From positions 693,253 through 757,252 of the forward strand of contig NZ_JAQNDN010000024.1 of NCBI RefSeq assembly GCF_028369095.1: 64,000 bases of DNA, given 5' to 3'. Both the position numbers and the translations under genes were made by a program. A model generated the notes under the pieces. That model was not told the origin of the DNA. It worked only from the letters and a program-made list of their open reading frames with translations, and searched no databases. Of this stretch, positions 37,498-46,720 are shown one piece after another (position 1 is the stretch's first letter; the number at the start of each line of letters is the position of its first letter). Origin of the DNA: Nannocystis radixulma (GTDB lineage Bacteria; Myxococcota_A; Polyangia; Nannocystales; Nannocystaceae).

Positions 37498-39441
37498 TCA
37501 GGTCTCGCAAGTGTCGTCTGTCGGCGGCGCCGGGCATGCCGCCTCCTGCACCTCGACGAGCTGCATCATGCCTTCATCCTCGTGCTCGAGGATGTGGCAG
37601 TGCAGCACGTACTGTCCCTGGAAATGCAGGAAGCGCGACAGGAACGTGAGGGTGCCGTCGGCGTTCGTGCCGCTCGTGGGGATGAGACACGTGTCGCGCC
37701 AGATAGGCTGCGCCGGAGTCTTCCCGTTGATGGACGTCACGAGGAACGAGTTGACATGGATGTGGAACGGATGAATCGACTCGCCCGCCGTATCGGTGAA
37801 CTTGTTGATGATCGTCCATTCCTCCACGGCGTCGAGGACGATGCACTGATCGACACGGCTCTCGCAGAACGTCCTGCCGTCGATGAGGAAGTGCGCTCCG
37901 TCGGCGTCCTGGGTCACCGAGAATTCGACCTGGCGTTTGTTCGTGATCGCGTTACCAGGCTTCGACATGTCGTCGAACGACGGGTAAAGCGCCGGCGGCG
38001 TGAGCACCTGCGGGATCTGAAGGCTCGTGTCCGGCTTCCCCGAGACGACCACGGTGGCGAGGACCTGCGGCGCCCAGCACACGAAGTCGAGGTAGCCGAG
38101 CGCCACCATCTGGTAGGTGCCCGCTTCGAATTGGACGAGCATGTCCACGCGGCCGCCCGGCGGGATGACGTACTCGATCTCGGAGACGGCGTTGGCCATC
38201 GGCATCTTCAGGGGCGCGCCGTACGTGACCCCGTCCGTCGCGACCTGGTAGTACGTGGCCGACTTCGCTCGCAGTTCGTCCCGGTTGAGCATGGGTGGGC
38301 CGTTCGACGAGGCGCAAGAATAGCCAAACGGATCATAGCCGGGCTTCGGCAACGCCGTCGTGGAGTCCACCTGATCGTCCGGCACGCGGAGGAAGGCGAT
38401 GTCCAGCGGGGCACGAAAGCCCGTGTGAAGCACACGAAGGCGCTGCACCTCGCTCGGACGCATGCGCAGGATCGGATTGAGCTGACCGTTGATGTGGAAG
38501 AAATCATCGACGCCAGCAGGCAGGGGACCGGAGTGGCCCATCTCCCCATACGTCGCGAGGCGGGTCTTCCCGTCGCACGAATCCTTGGTCTGGATCATGT
38601 ACTCGCCGACGACGAGGAGCTGCTCCTTGCCCTGGCCCGGACCGGGCTCGGTAGCAAACAGCTTGTCGAGGTCGTCTCGCTCTTCGTCGCGAATGATGAT
38701 CGCCCCGACCATGCCACCTGCCACCTGGATCGCCGTCGATCCGTGCATGTGCGGGTGGTACCAGTAGGTTCCGGCGGGATGGTTGGCCTTCGTCCCGTCC
38801 GGCATGTCGATGTCTCGCGGGATATCGAAGACGAAGTCGTAGCTTTCGCCAGGACCGATCACCAGGAAGACGTCATCTCCGGGCGGCCCGGGGTCGACGT
38901 GCAGGCCGTGCGTGTGGAGATTGGTCGTGTTGTTGTGCGTGCCCGCTCCGTGCCCGCCGCCGCCGTGCCCGCCGCTGCCGCTGCCCATGGCGCAGTCCTC
39001 GGGGTCCACGGCGCTGCCGTCGTCCGGAAGGTCGTTGATGAGCTTCAGCTTGAGCTTATCACCCGGGCGGAGCTCGATGCTCGGGCCCGGGACCGTCCCC
39101 GTATACGTCGTATCGCCGAGGCTCGACTCCCCGTGATTGACCTTGAGACCCGTGTACGCGCGGGTCATGAACGTATACTGGCCCACCGTCACTTCGGTCT
39201 CGGTGATGGTCAGCTCGATGTCGAGGAGTCCGTCCCGGGAGCGGACGCTGGCGGGCGTGAAGAGCTCTCCGTTCTCGACCGGTTGCGGATTGTCGTCATC
39301 GACCGAACTGCAACCTGTGAGATCGGGCAGCAAAAAGCCGGCGCCGAGCGTGGCGCCCACCCTGAGGAAGCCGCGTCGATCGAGCGTCAGCGCGACATGA
39401 GACCGGCTCGTGCCAGGCGAAGGTTTTTTCTGAAAGGTCAT
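37498..39441 (-). CDS. Multicopper oxidase (laccase-like), Tat-exported lipoprotein
   Basis: A twin-arginine signal RRGFLRVGATLGAG and the lipobox LTGC are present. The copper-site motifs are HTHGLH, WYHPHMHG and HCHILEHEDEGMM. It is transcribed in the same direction as the NRPS, immediately upstream of it. Confidence 0.85.
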   Translation of the reverse strand: MTFQKKPSPGTSRSHVALTLDRRGFLRVGATLGAGFLLPDLTGCSSVDDDNPQPVENGELFTPASVRSRDGLLDIELTITETEVTVGQYTFMTRAYTGLKVNHGESSLGDTTYTGTVPGPSIELRPGDKLKLKLINDLPDDGSAVDPEDCAMGSGSGGHGGGGHGAGTHNNTTNLHTHGLHVDPGPPGDDVFLVIGPGESYDFVFDIPRDIDMPDGTKANHPAGTYWYHPHMHGSTAIQVAGGMVGAIIIRDEERDDLDKLFATEPGPGQGKEQLLVVGEYMIQTKDSCDGKTRLATYGEMGHSGPLPAGVDDFFHINGQLNPILRMRPSEVQRLRVLHTGFRAPLDIAFLRVPDDQVDSTTALPKPGYDPFGYSCASSNGPPMLNRDELRAKSATYYQVATDGVTYGAPLKMPMANAVSEIEYVIPPGGRVDMLVQFEAGTYQMVALGYLDFVCWAPQVLATVVVSGKPDTSLQIPQVLTPPALYPSFDDMSKPGNAITNKRQVEFSVTQDADGAHFLIDGRTFCESRVDQCIVLDAVEEWTIINKFTDTAGESIHPFHIHVNSFLVTSINGKTPAQPIWRDTCLIPTSGTNADGTLTFLSRFLHFQGQYVLHCHILEHEDEGMMQLVEVQEAACPAPPTDDTCET

Positions 39442-39879
39442 GGCGGGGATCTCGAGCCTCGGGGTGGATTGGGCCCGCCCGGTTCAGGTTTCGTCGGAGG
39501 ACGACCGGCCCTTGCGAGGCTCGAGGGTGAAGAGCCAGGACCCTCCCGTTGCGATCCAAAAAACTTCGAACTTTTTTCGCGCCCTGCGCCTGGCTGTTTT
39601 CGCGCTTCTGGGCTCCCCGCATGCACGATGCACAACCGTCGGATCGGCGAGAACCCCGACGACGGGCTTGAGCACCGGCGACGGTTCCACCGCGATTCCA
39701 ACCGACACGTTCCACGTCGGGTGGCGGCGACTCGAACCCTCGCAGAAGACCGTTCCGGGCCAGAAAACGCGGGGGCCGGGATTGGGGGGCTTCTGCGCGG
39801 GTCGGGTGTTATTCGGGCCGCGAATACGAGGCCGAGGTGGCCCCGACGTGGGCGCTGGAATGGTGCCGCGCCGCGGCGA

Positions 39880-41670
39880 CTACGGGACGACGACCGGCTC
39901 GGCGCCGAGATCGCGGGCGAGGTCGGCGAGCTCGCCGATCGGGACCTGCAGCGCGGGCAGGCGGGTGATGTCGGCGCGCGCGGCCTGGGCGATCGACTCG
40001 CTGGCGCGCATGATGAGGCCGCCGTGGCCGTCGGCGACGACGGTGTAGCCGGCCTTGCGCAGGCGCGTGAGGCGGGCCTGGGCCTCCGGCGAGAGGTCGG
40101 TGGCGGACGGGCGCAGGGTGGGCACGCGGCCGGGCCAGATCGCCGCCAGGTAGGCGGTGATCCGCGGCGGGTAGACGACGCCGCCGGCTGTCTTTTCGTT
40201 CAGGTGGACGTCGACCAGGGCGGCGTAGCCGTGGACGTGGCAGCGGACGGCCCCGTGCAGGTGGCTGGTCCACATCGCCTCAGGGCTGACGGGGGCGGGC
40301 CACAGGCCGTCGAACCACGCGGCGATGGCGTCGTAGCTGGGCAGGCGCTGGCCGCCGAGGGCCTCGCCGAGGCGCTGGACCTCGGCGCCGAACCGCTCAC
40401 CGCGCTCCTCCCGGCGCAGGCGGAGGAGGACGGCGAGCACGGCGATCGGGGCGGCGACGTACCACAGGCCGAACACGACGAGGACGACGCAGACGACGGC
40501 GGCGAGCAGGAGGCCGGAGCCGCCGTCGCGGACCTGCTGCTGGCGCCGCTCGTCGGCGTGGCGGGCCAGGAGGGCCCGGCGGGCCACGGCGAGGGCGCTG
40601 GCGGGGATCCGGCCCTCGGGCTCGGGCTCGGCGGCGTCGGGCCGATCGGGGAGGAAGGAGCGGACGGCGGCGACGAGCTCGCTGGTCGATCGGACAGGTG
40701 GACCGTCGGCCGGATCGCGCACGGCGGTGACCAGCAGCGGCGCCTCGGCCAACCCGCCGGGCGGGGCGGCCAGGCCTGCCGTCGACGAGGGGGTGCTCAG
40801 GCTGGCGCCGGAGCGGTTGTAGAGGATCGCCAGGAGCGAGGAGTTCGAGGGGCCGGTGCCGGGGATGGTGTCGCCGGCGCCGACGGGGCTGGTCGAAAGG
40901 ACAGGTGATTGCGGGGCCGGCAGCGGGCCGGACAGGGCCGCTGGGTCGAAGGCCGGCGGGAGCGGGACGTCGGGGGACATGTCCGCTGGGACATGTGGGA
41001 TGGCCGCAGGGACAGGGTGTTCGAGGCTGGCCGCAGGGACAGGCGACGGGTGGCTGTCCGCAGGGACAGATGGGTCGTCGGGCGGCGAGAGGTGGGCGAA
41101 CACGCTGGCCGGGGCCGACTCGGCGACGAGGCCCTCGGCGGCGAGGCCGGCGGCCAACTCGGCCGCGAGCGAGCCGGGCTTGTGCCCGGGGACCGGCGGC
41201 CGGGCGGCGAGCTGGCCCGACAGGGTGGCGGGGCCGGGCCTGGCGGGGACCGGCGCGCGCATGGTCTCGCCCGGCATCGGCTCGTAGCTGTCCTTGGGGA
41301 CAGGATGCTCGGGGCCGGGGGCGGGGGGCGCGGGGGCGGGGCCGGGGCCGATCGACAGCAGGGTGGTGGGATGGACCGGCGCGCCGAGCAGTCTGGCGGC
41401 GGGGCCCGGCTCGCTGGGCGCGTAGGCTCGGGTCCGAGGCGGCGCGATTTCCGCGGGATCAGGGGAAGGCTCCGGGCTGACTGTTGGGACAGGTGCGCTG
41501 CGGACCAGATCGCTGACGGCCTGCTGGATGGCCCGCTCGTACAGGGCGAGCGCGTCGGCGACGGCGGCCGGCAGACCGTGATCCTGACCGCAGGCCGGGC
41601 AAGTGACGGCACCGCGGATGTCGGCGAGCCCGAGCGCGTGCTGGCAATGTGGGCAGCGCAACGCGAGAGT
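39880..41670 (-). CDS. Hypothetical membrane protein with an N-terminal zinc-ribbon (CPHC...CPAC), a Pro-rich linker and a C-terminal domain
   Basis: CPHCQHALGLADIRGAVTCPACG is a 4-Cys ribbon. It is followed by a long Pro/Ala/Ser-rich segment and a TM helix (LLLAAVVCVVLVVFGLWYVAAPIAVLAVLL), then a ~230-aa C-terminal domain. I place the start at the GTG near 41670. The listed ORF extends to 42186 only by translating the 72-bp tandem repeats in frame. Confidence 0.4.
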   Translation of the reverse strand, partial: TLALRCPHCQHALGLADIRGAVTCPACGQDHGLPAAVADALALYERAIQQAVSDLVRSAPVPTVSPEPSPDPAEIAPPRTRAYAPSEPGPAARLLGAPVHPTTLLSIGPGPAPAPPAPGPEHPVPKDSYEPMPGETMRAPVPARPGPATLSGQLAARPPVPGHKPGSLAAELAAGLAAEGLVAESAPASVFAHLSPPDDPSVPADSHPSPVPAASLEHPVPAAIPHVPADMSPDVPLPPAFDPAALSGPLPAPQSPVLSTSPVGAGDTIPGTGPSNSSLLAILYNRSGASLSTPSSTAGLAAPPGGLAEAPLLVTAVRDPADGPPVRSTSELVAAVRSFLPDRPDAAEPEPEGRIPASALAVARRALLARHADERRQQQVRDGGSGLLLAAVVCVVLVVFGLWYVAAPIAVLAVLLRLRREERGERFGAEVQRLGEALGGQRLPSYDAIAAWFDGLWPAPVSPEAMWTSHLHGAVRCHVHGYAALVDVHLNEKTAGGVVYPPRITAYLAAIWPGRVPTLRPSATDLSPEAQARLTRLRKAGYTVVADGHGGLIMRASESIAQAARADITRLPALQVPIGELADLARDLGAEPVVVP

Positions 41671-41844
41671 CGGGGAGAGCACGGCGGGACGATACCGCAG
41701 AAAATCGGCCCCGGGCCGGACGGGGCGCGGGCGCGGCCGCGCAGGTCGGCGAGGCCCGCGATGGCGGGCGCGCGAGGGGACGCGAGCGACCGGCCAGCGC
41801 GGTCGCGAGTCGTCGCGACGTAGAAGGTGACGCGCGTGACAGGT

Positions 41845-42200
41845 CGCGGCCGGAACGTGGGGCCGACGCGAGCGCGTGGCGGTGAGACCGGGGCGCGGAG
41901 GTGACGCGGGGGCTGCCCGTGGTCGGGGCGAGGGGCCGAGGCGAGCGCGTGGCGATGAGACCGGGGCGCGGAGGTGACGCGGGGCTGCTCGTGGTCGGGG
42001 CGAGGGGCCGACGCGAGCGCGTGGGGGGGAGACCGGGGCGCGGAGGTGACGCGGGGCTGCTCGTGGTCGGGGCGAGGGGCCGAGGCGAGCGCGTCGCGGT
42101 GAGCCGGGAGGACACTGTGCCGGGCCGAGGCGAGCGCGTGGCGGTGAGACCGGGGCGCGGAGCCGTGCCGAGCGCGGACGGGACACGGGCGGGCCTGCGG
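41845..42200. repeat. 72-bp tandem direct repeat array, about 4.5 units
   Basis: Unit CGAGCGCGTGGCGGTGAGACCGGGGCGCGGAGGTGACGCGGGG(G)CTGCYCGTGGTCGGGGCGAGGGGCCGAGG. Three copies at 41889-42105 are >95% identical, with degenerate copies on either side. The array sits in the divergent intergenic region between the zinc-ribbon gene and the M16 peptidase gene. Confidence 0.8.
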
Positions 42201-42388
42201 AGGCGCGGAAGGGCCTGGAAGACGCGGGAACGGCGGATCGCGGGGCCGTCGAGGCCGGTCATGGGCCGACGAGCTGCGGGCGCCGGGGCGATCGCCCGGA
42301 CGGCGCGGGTCGCGGGCCAGGATGCGCGCGGCGGCGACTCGGGGTATGAGGGGGCGCCGCGCGCGACAGGCGGGCGGCGAGCAACACC

Positions 42389-45097
42389 GTGCCCGATCTG
42401 CCCGTCTCGCCTCCCTCGCCCCGCGGCCTCGATCTTCCGGGTGCCGCCTCCGAATTCGCGTCGCTCATCGACGAGCGCCTGGCCAACGGCGCCCGCCTGC
42501 TGATCCTGCCGGCGCGCCCGGCCGGCCCCGGACCGGCGGCGATCCAGCTATGGGTGGGGTCGGGGACCGCGGCCGAGCGCCCGGACGAGCACGGCTGCGC
42601 CCACCTGCTCGAGCACATGCTCTTCAAGCCATGTGCTCTGGGACATGGCCCGAAGAGCATCCGCGCGCGCCTGGCGAAGGCCGGGGTGCGGCGGACCGAG
42701 CCGGCGCTCGACCTCGCGGGGGCGATCGAGGCGCTCGGCGGCGACATCAACGCGTTCACCAGCCACGACGAGACGGTGGTGCACGTGACGGCCCCGGCGG
42801 CGCGGGCGGCCGAGGCCGCGGCGCTGATCGCCGCGGCGACGCTGCACCCGACGCTCGATTCGACCACGCTGGCGCAGGAGCGCGAGGTGGTGATCGAGGA
42901 GATCAAGCAGTACGACGACGACCCGGGCCAGCGGGTGACGCAGGCGGCGCTCGGGCGGGTGTACGGGACGCACGCGTACGCGCGGCCGGTGCTCGGGCTC
43001 GAGGCCGAGGTCGCCGGCCACACGGCGGCGCGGCTGCGGGCCTATCACCGCCGGGCCTACGCGGGGGAGCGGCTGACGCTGGTGGCCGTCGGCGCGGTCG
43101 ACGTGGCGGCGCTGCGCAAGGTGGCGCGGGCGACCGTCGGGGCGCTGCCGGCCGCGCCGGCCCGGCGGCCGACGGGTGAGCCGGCGCCGCGGCCCGGGGT
43201 GACGGTGAAGCGCGCCGAGGTCCAGGAGGCCTACGTGCTGCTGGCCTGGCCGGCGCCCGCGGCCGGGGCGGCCGACGCGGCGGCGATCGACGTCGCGGCG
43301 GTGGTGCTCGGCAACGGCGAGTCGTCGCGCCTGGTCGCCGAGACACGGCGCAAAGAACAGGTCGTTTCGGACATCCAGGCCCACTGCGACACGCTGCGGC
43401 TCGGCGGGTCCCTGCTGGTGTCGGCGCGCACGACCGCGGCCCAGGCGGCCGCGGCGGTGACGGCGGTGCTGACCCAGGTGCGGCGGCTGGCGGCCGCGTC
43501 GGTGTCGCCCGAGGAGCTGGCGCGAGCCAAGGCGATCCTCGAGAGCGACCTGGTGTACCGGCGCGAGACGGTGCAGGGGCAGGCGCACGCGCTCGGGGCG
43601 TGCGCCACGATCTTCGGCGACCTGGCGCGCGAGCGCGAGTACTACGCGGCCCTGGCCGCGCTGACGCCGGAGGCGGTCCGCTCGGCCTGCGCGCGCTGGC
43701 TCGATCCGGCGCACGCGTGCGTCAGCCTCGAGCTGCCGCGCGCCGAGGTGGATGTCGCAAAGGCCAGGTCCGTCAAGACCGCCGTCGACGCCGCGCGGAA
43801 GCCGGCGGAGGGGCCGCGGCGCGGCGGGCCGGCACCGAAGCGGGCGCCCGACGGGATCGACACGCTGACGCTGCCGAACGGGCTGCGGCTGCTGGCGCGG
43901 GTCGAGCGGGCGGTGCCGGTGGCGGCGGGTTGGCTGATCTGGCCCGGAGGACAGCGGCGCGAGCCGGTGGCGCTGGCCGGCTCGAACTCGGTGGCCGCGG
44001 CCCTGCTCACCCGCGGCAACGCGCGCCTCGACGGCGAGGCGCTGAGCCGGGCGATCGACGGCATGGCGGCGGGGCTCGACGGGTTCGCCGGCCGCAACAG
44101 CCTCGGGCTGCACTTCGAGTGCCTGGCGCGGCACTTCCCGGCGGTGCTGGGACACGCGCTCGACTGCACGATCACGCCGACGTTCGCGGCCGCCGAGCTC
44201 GACGAGGAGCGGCGCGTGGCCCTGCAGGATCTGGCGGCCGAGGTCGACGACGCGGGCCAGGTGGCTTCCCGCGGGCTGCACAAGCTCCTGTACGGCGAGC
44301 ATCCGTTCAGCCGTCCGGTCCGCGGCACGCCCGAGGGGCTGCGGGCGCTGACGCCGGCCAAATTGAAGGCGCTGTGGCGACGCGACTACCCGATCGGCCA
44401 GGCGGTGCTGGCGCTGGCGGGCGACGTCGACGTCGCGGCGGCGGCGGCCCAGGTCGAGGCGGCGCTGCGCGAGGCTGGCCTTTGGGACAGGGTGTCCGAA
44501 GGGCCAGGCAAGGCGAAGCCGGTGCAGGCGCCGCGAGGGCCGCGCGAGCGCGAGATCTTCCAGGACCGCGAGCAGGCCCACATCGCCCTCGGATGGCCGG
44601 GGATCGCCGTCGGCGACGCGCGCGAGCCGACGCTCGACGTGCTCAGCGCGGTGCTCGGCGGCCAGACGGGGCGGCTGTTCACGGCGCTGCGCGAGGTCCA
44701 GGGGCTGGTGTACGAGGTGTCGATGTCGAGTGTCGAGGGCGTCGACGCCGGCCACGTGGCGATCCACGCGTCGACCAGCCAGGACAAGCTGCCGAAGGCG
44801 CTGGCCGCGATCGCGGCGGAGGTCGAGCGCGCGGTGCGGGAGCCGCCGTCGCCGGCCGAGGTGGCGCGCGCGCAGGCGTGGCTGGTCGGCCAGTTCGAAC
44901 TCGGGCAGCAGCGCCGCAGCCGGATGGCGTCACTGCTGGCGCTGTCGGAGGTGTACGGGCTGCCGCGGGCGCGCGCGTTCGCCTACCCGCAGCGGGTCCG
45001 GGCGGTCACGCCCGAGGCGGTGTGGACGCTGGCTCGCACGCTGTTCCGCCCGCAGGTCGCGGCGCGCTGCGTGGTGCGGGCGAAGCGGCGCAAGTGA
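42389..45097 (+). CDS. M16 (pitrilysin/insulinase) family zinc peptidase, tandem double-M16 architecture
   Basis: HLLEHMLF is the inverted zincin HxxEH motif in the first half. A second inactive-type M16 repeat follows. The start is the GTG at 42389 and is uncertain. Confidence 0.8.
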   Translation: MPDLPVSPPSPRGLDLPGAASEFASLIDERLANGARLLILPARPAGPGPAAIQLWVGSGTAAERPDEHGCAHLLEHMLFKPCALGHGPKSIRARLAKAGVRRTEPALDLAGAIEALGGDINAFTSHDETVVHVTAPAARAAEAAALIAAATLHPTLDSTTLAQEREVVIEEIKQYDDDPGQRVTQAALGRVYGTHAYARPVLGLEAEVAGHTAARLRAYHRRAYAGERLTLVAVGAVDVAALRKVARATVGALPAAPARRPTGEPAPRPGVTVKRAEVQEAYVLLAWPAPAAGAADAAAIDVAAVVLGNGESSRLVAETRRKEQVVSDIQAHCDTLRLGGSLLVSARTTAAQAAAAVTAVLTQVRRLAAASVSPEELARAKAILESDLVYRRETVQGQAHALGACATIFGDLAREREYYAALAALTPEAVRSACARWLDPAHACVSLELPRAEVDVAKARSVKTAVDAARKPAEGPRRGGPAPKRAPDGIDTLTLPNGLRLLARVERAVPVAAGWLIWPGGQRREPVALAGSNSVAAALLTRGNARLDGEALSRAIDGMAAGLDGFAGRNSLGLHFECLARHFPAVLGHALDCTITPTFAAAELDEERRVALQDLAAEVDDAGQVASRGLHKLLYGEHPFSRPVRGTPEGLRALTPAKLKALWRRDYPIGQAVLALAGDVDVAAAAAQVEAALREAGLWDRVSEGPGKAKPVQAPRGPREREIFQDREQAHIALGWPGIAVGDAREPTLDVLSAVLGGQTGRLFTALREVQGLVYEVSMSSVEGVDAGHVAIHASTSQDKLPKALAAIAAEVERAVREPPSPAEVARAQAWLVGQFELGQQRRSRMASLLALSEVYGLPRARAFAYPQRVRAVTPEAVWTLARTLFRPQVAARCVVRAKRRK

Positions 45098-45205
45098 GCC
45101 GCTCGCGGCCCGGTGCGCGGCGCAGCTGAACGAGCGGCGCCGCGGTGCTCGCGTCTGCGGGAGCGTGTCATGTCCGAAAGGACATGTGTTCACGGCCACT
45201 GCGGC

Positions 45206-45707
45206 TCAGTCGTCGTCGGTCTCGTCCGGCTCGGCCACCACGCGCTCGCCCTCGACGGTGAGGTACTCGTCGCGGTCCTGGAGGCGATCGACCCGCAGGT
45301 CACCGCCGACGTAGAACTCGGTCTCGAAGATGAAGAGCGCGCGGGCCACGAGGTCGCCGAGGACGACGGCGCACATCAGGCGGTCGGACACACGGAGCTC
45401 GCCGCGGACGGTGAGGTCGCCGGTGACGACGATGGTGCCGATGTCTTGCGGGGCGGCGGCGAGCTGCAGCTGCGACCAGTGCTCGTCGCCGAGCCAGGCG
45501 TCGCCGTCGACGGTGAGGTCGCCCTCGTACACCGCGCAGGCGCAGCCGTAGACGCCGCCGGAGGCGAGGCGGGCGCGGGTGCCGTGGCGGCGGTCGAGCT
45601 CCTGTTCGCTGATGACGATCGGCTGCTGCACGCGCGGAGTGTCGCACGCGGAGGCAGGGCTGTCATCGAGGGGGACGTGATTGAAAGGACATGCCTGAAG
45701 AAACATG
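45206..45707 (-). CDS. Hypothetical protein (167 aa), in an operon downstream of the LysR gene
   Basis: Start MFLQACPFNH lies 9 nt after the LysR stop. The C-terminal two-thirds are Gly/Asp/Val-rich beta-repeat-like (GDLTVDGDAW, GDLTVRGELRV, GGDLRVD) with an acidic tail. The upstream part of the listed 851-aa ORF is an artefact. Confidence 0.45.
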
Positions 45708-45716
45708 TCCTCGGGG

Positions 45717-46637
45717 CTAGCCGCGAGCGCGCCGCGAGCGGGCCGGGCCGCGCCCGACGTACGCGCCGAGGCCGGCCCACAGCGCGTCGAAGACGGTCCG
45801 GCAGCGCCGCGACGCCTTGAGATCTTCGTGCATGGCGAGCCACATCTCGACCTTCGGCGCGAACTCGCCGGCGAGCACGCGGACGAGCCCGGCGCGGCGG
45901 GCCAGCGGGACGTGGCAGGCACCGATCCCGCAGCCGGCCCGGATCGCCGCGAACTGGGCGACGTCGTCGTCGGTGCGGAAGCTGAAGGCGTCGCGCGTGA
46001 GCGGCCGGCCGCCGAGGCGCAGGGTGCCGGTGTACGGGGCGGGCACGTCGAAGCCGACCAAAGCGTGCCGGGCCAGGGCCGCGGGAGTGGTCGGGGCCGG
46101 CCGGCGCGCGAGGTAGCCGGGCGCGGCGAACAGGCCGAGCTCGAAGGCGCCGACGCGTTTGGCCAGCAGCGCGCCCTGACTCGGGCGCACCGTCCGCACG
46201 GCGATGTCGGCGTCGCGCCGCACGAGGTCGGCGATCCGGTTCGACACCACCAGCTCGACGACGATGCCGGGGTGCTCGGCCTGGATGGCGGCGAGGACCG
46301 GCGGCAAGACCTCGGCGGCGACGATCTCGCTGGCGGTGATCCGCACGGCGCCGACGTTCTCGGCCAGCGGGCCCGAGGCCTTGCGCAGCAGCGAGTCGGT
46401 GGCGGCGACCAGGGCCTCGACCTCGGGGCGCAGCGCCTCGGCGGCGGGCGTGGGCGTGAGGCCGCCGCGCGAGCGGGTGAACAGCGGCAGCCCGAGCGCC
46501 TCCTCGAGCGCGGCGACGTGACGGCCGAGCGTGGGCTGGCTGAGGCCGAGACGACGCGCGGCCGCCGACAGCGAACCCTCGCGCAGGACCGCGGCGAAGG
46601 CTCGGTACAGCGACCAGTCCGGCGGATCGGGTGACAT
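45717..46637 (-). CDS. LysR-family transcriptional regulator
   Basis: The N-terminal wHTH is LYRAFAAVLREGSLSAAARRLGLSQPTLGRHVAALEEALGLPLF. A LysR substrate-binding domain follows. It is divergent from the epoxide hydrolase gene. Confidence 0.85.
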   Translation of the reverse strand: MSPDPPDWSLYRAFAAVLREGSLSAAARRLGLSQPTLGRHVAALEEALGLPLFTRSRGGLTPTPAAEALRPEVEALVAATDSLLRKASGPLAENVGAVRITASEIVAAEVLPPVLAAIQAEHPGIVVELVVSNRIADLVRRDADIAVRTVRPSQGALLAKRVGAFELGLFAAPGYLARRPAPTTPAALARHALVGFDVPAPYTGTLRLGGRPLTRDAFSFRTDDDVAQFAAIRAGCGIGACHVPLARRAGLVRVLAGEFAPKVEMWLAMHEDLKASRRCRTVFDALWAGLGAYVGRGPARSRRARG

Positions 46638-46720
46638 GCAAAAATGAATAGATGGGCCCCAATTTTATGCAATTCCAAAGTGATGGCCGGGGCGGCAGGT
46701 TCGCGGGCGGAGACCGAAAC

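Noticed and set aside
41671-42186. N-terminal extension of the zinc-ribbon gene to the ATG at 42186 (MSRPRSARLRAPVSPP...)
   Set aside because: The extension is produced by reading the 72-bp tandem repeats in frame. It is a pure Arg/Pro/Ser repeat with no RBS. The start was placed near 41670 instead; this is uncertain.
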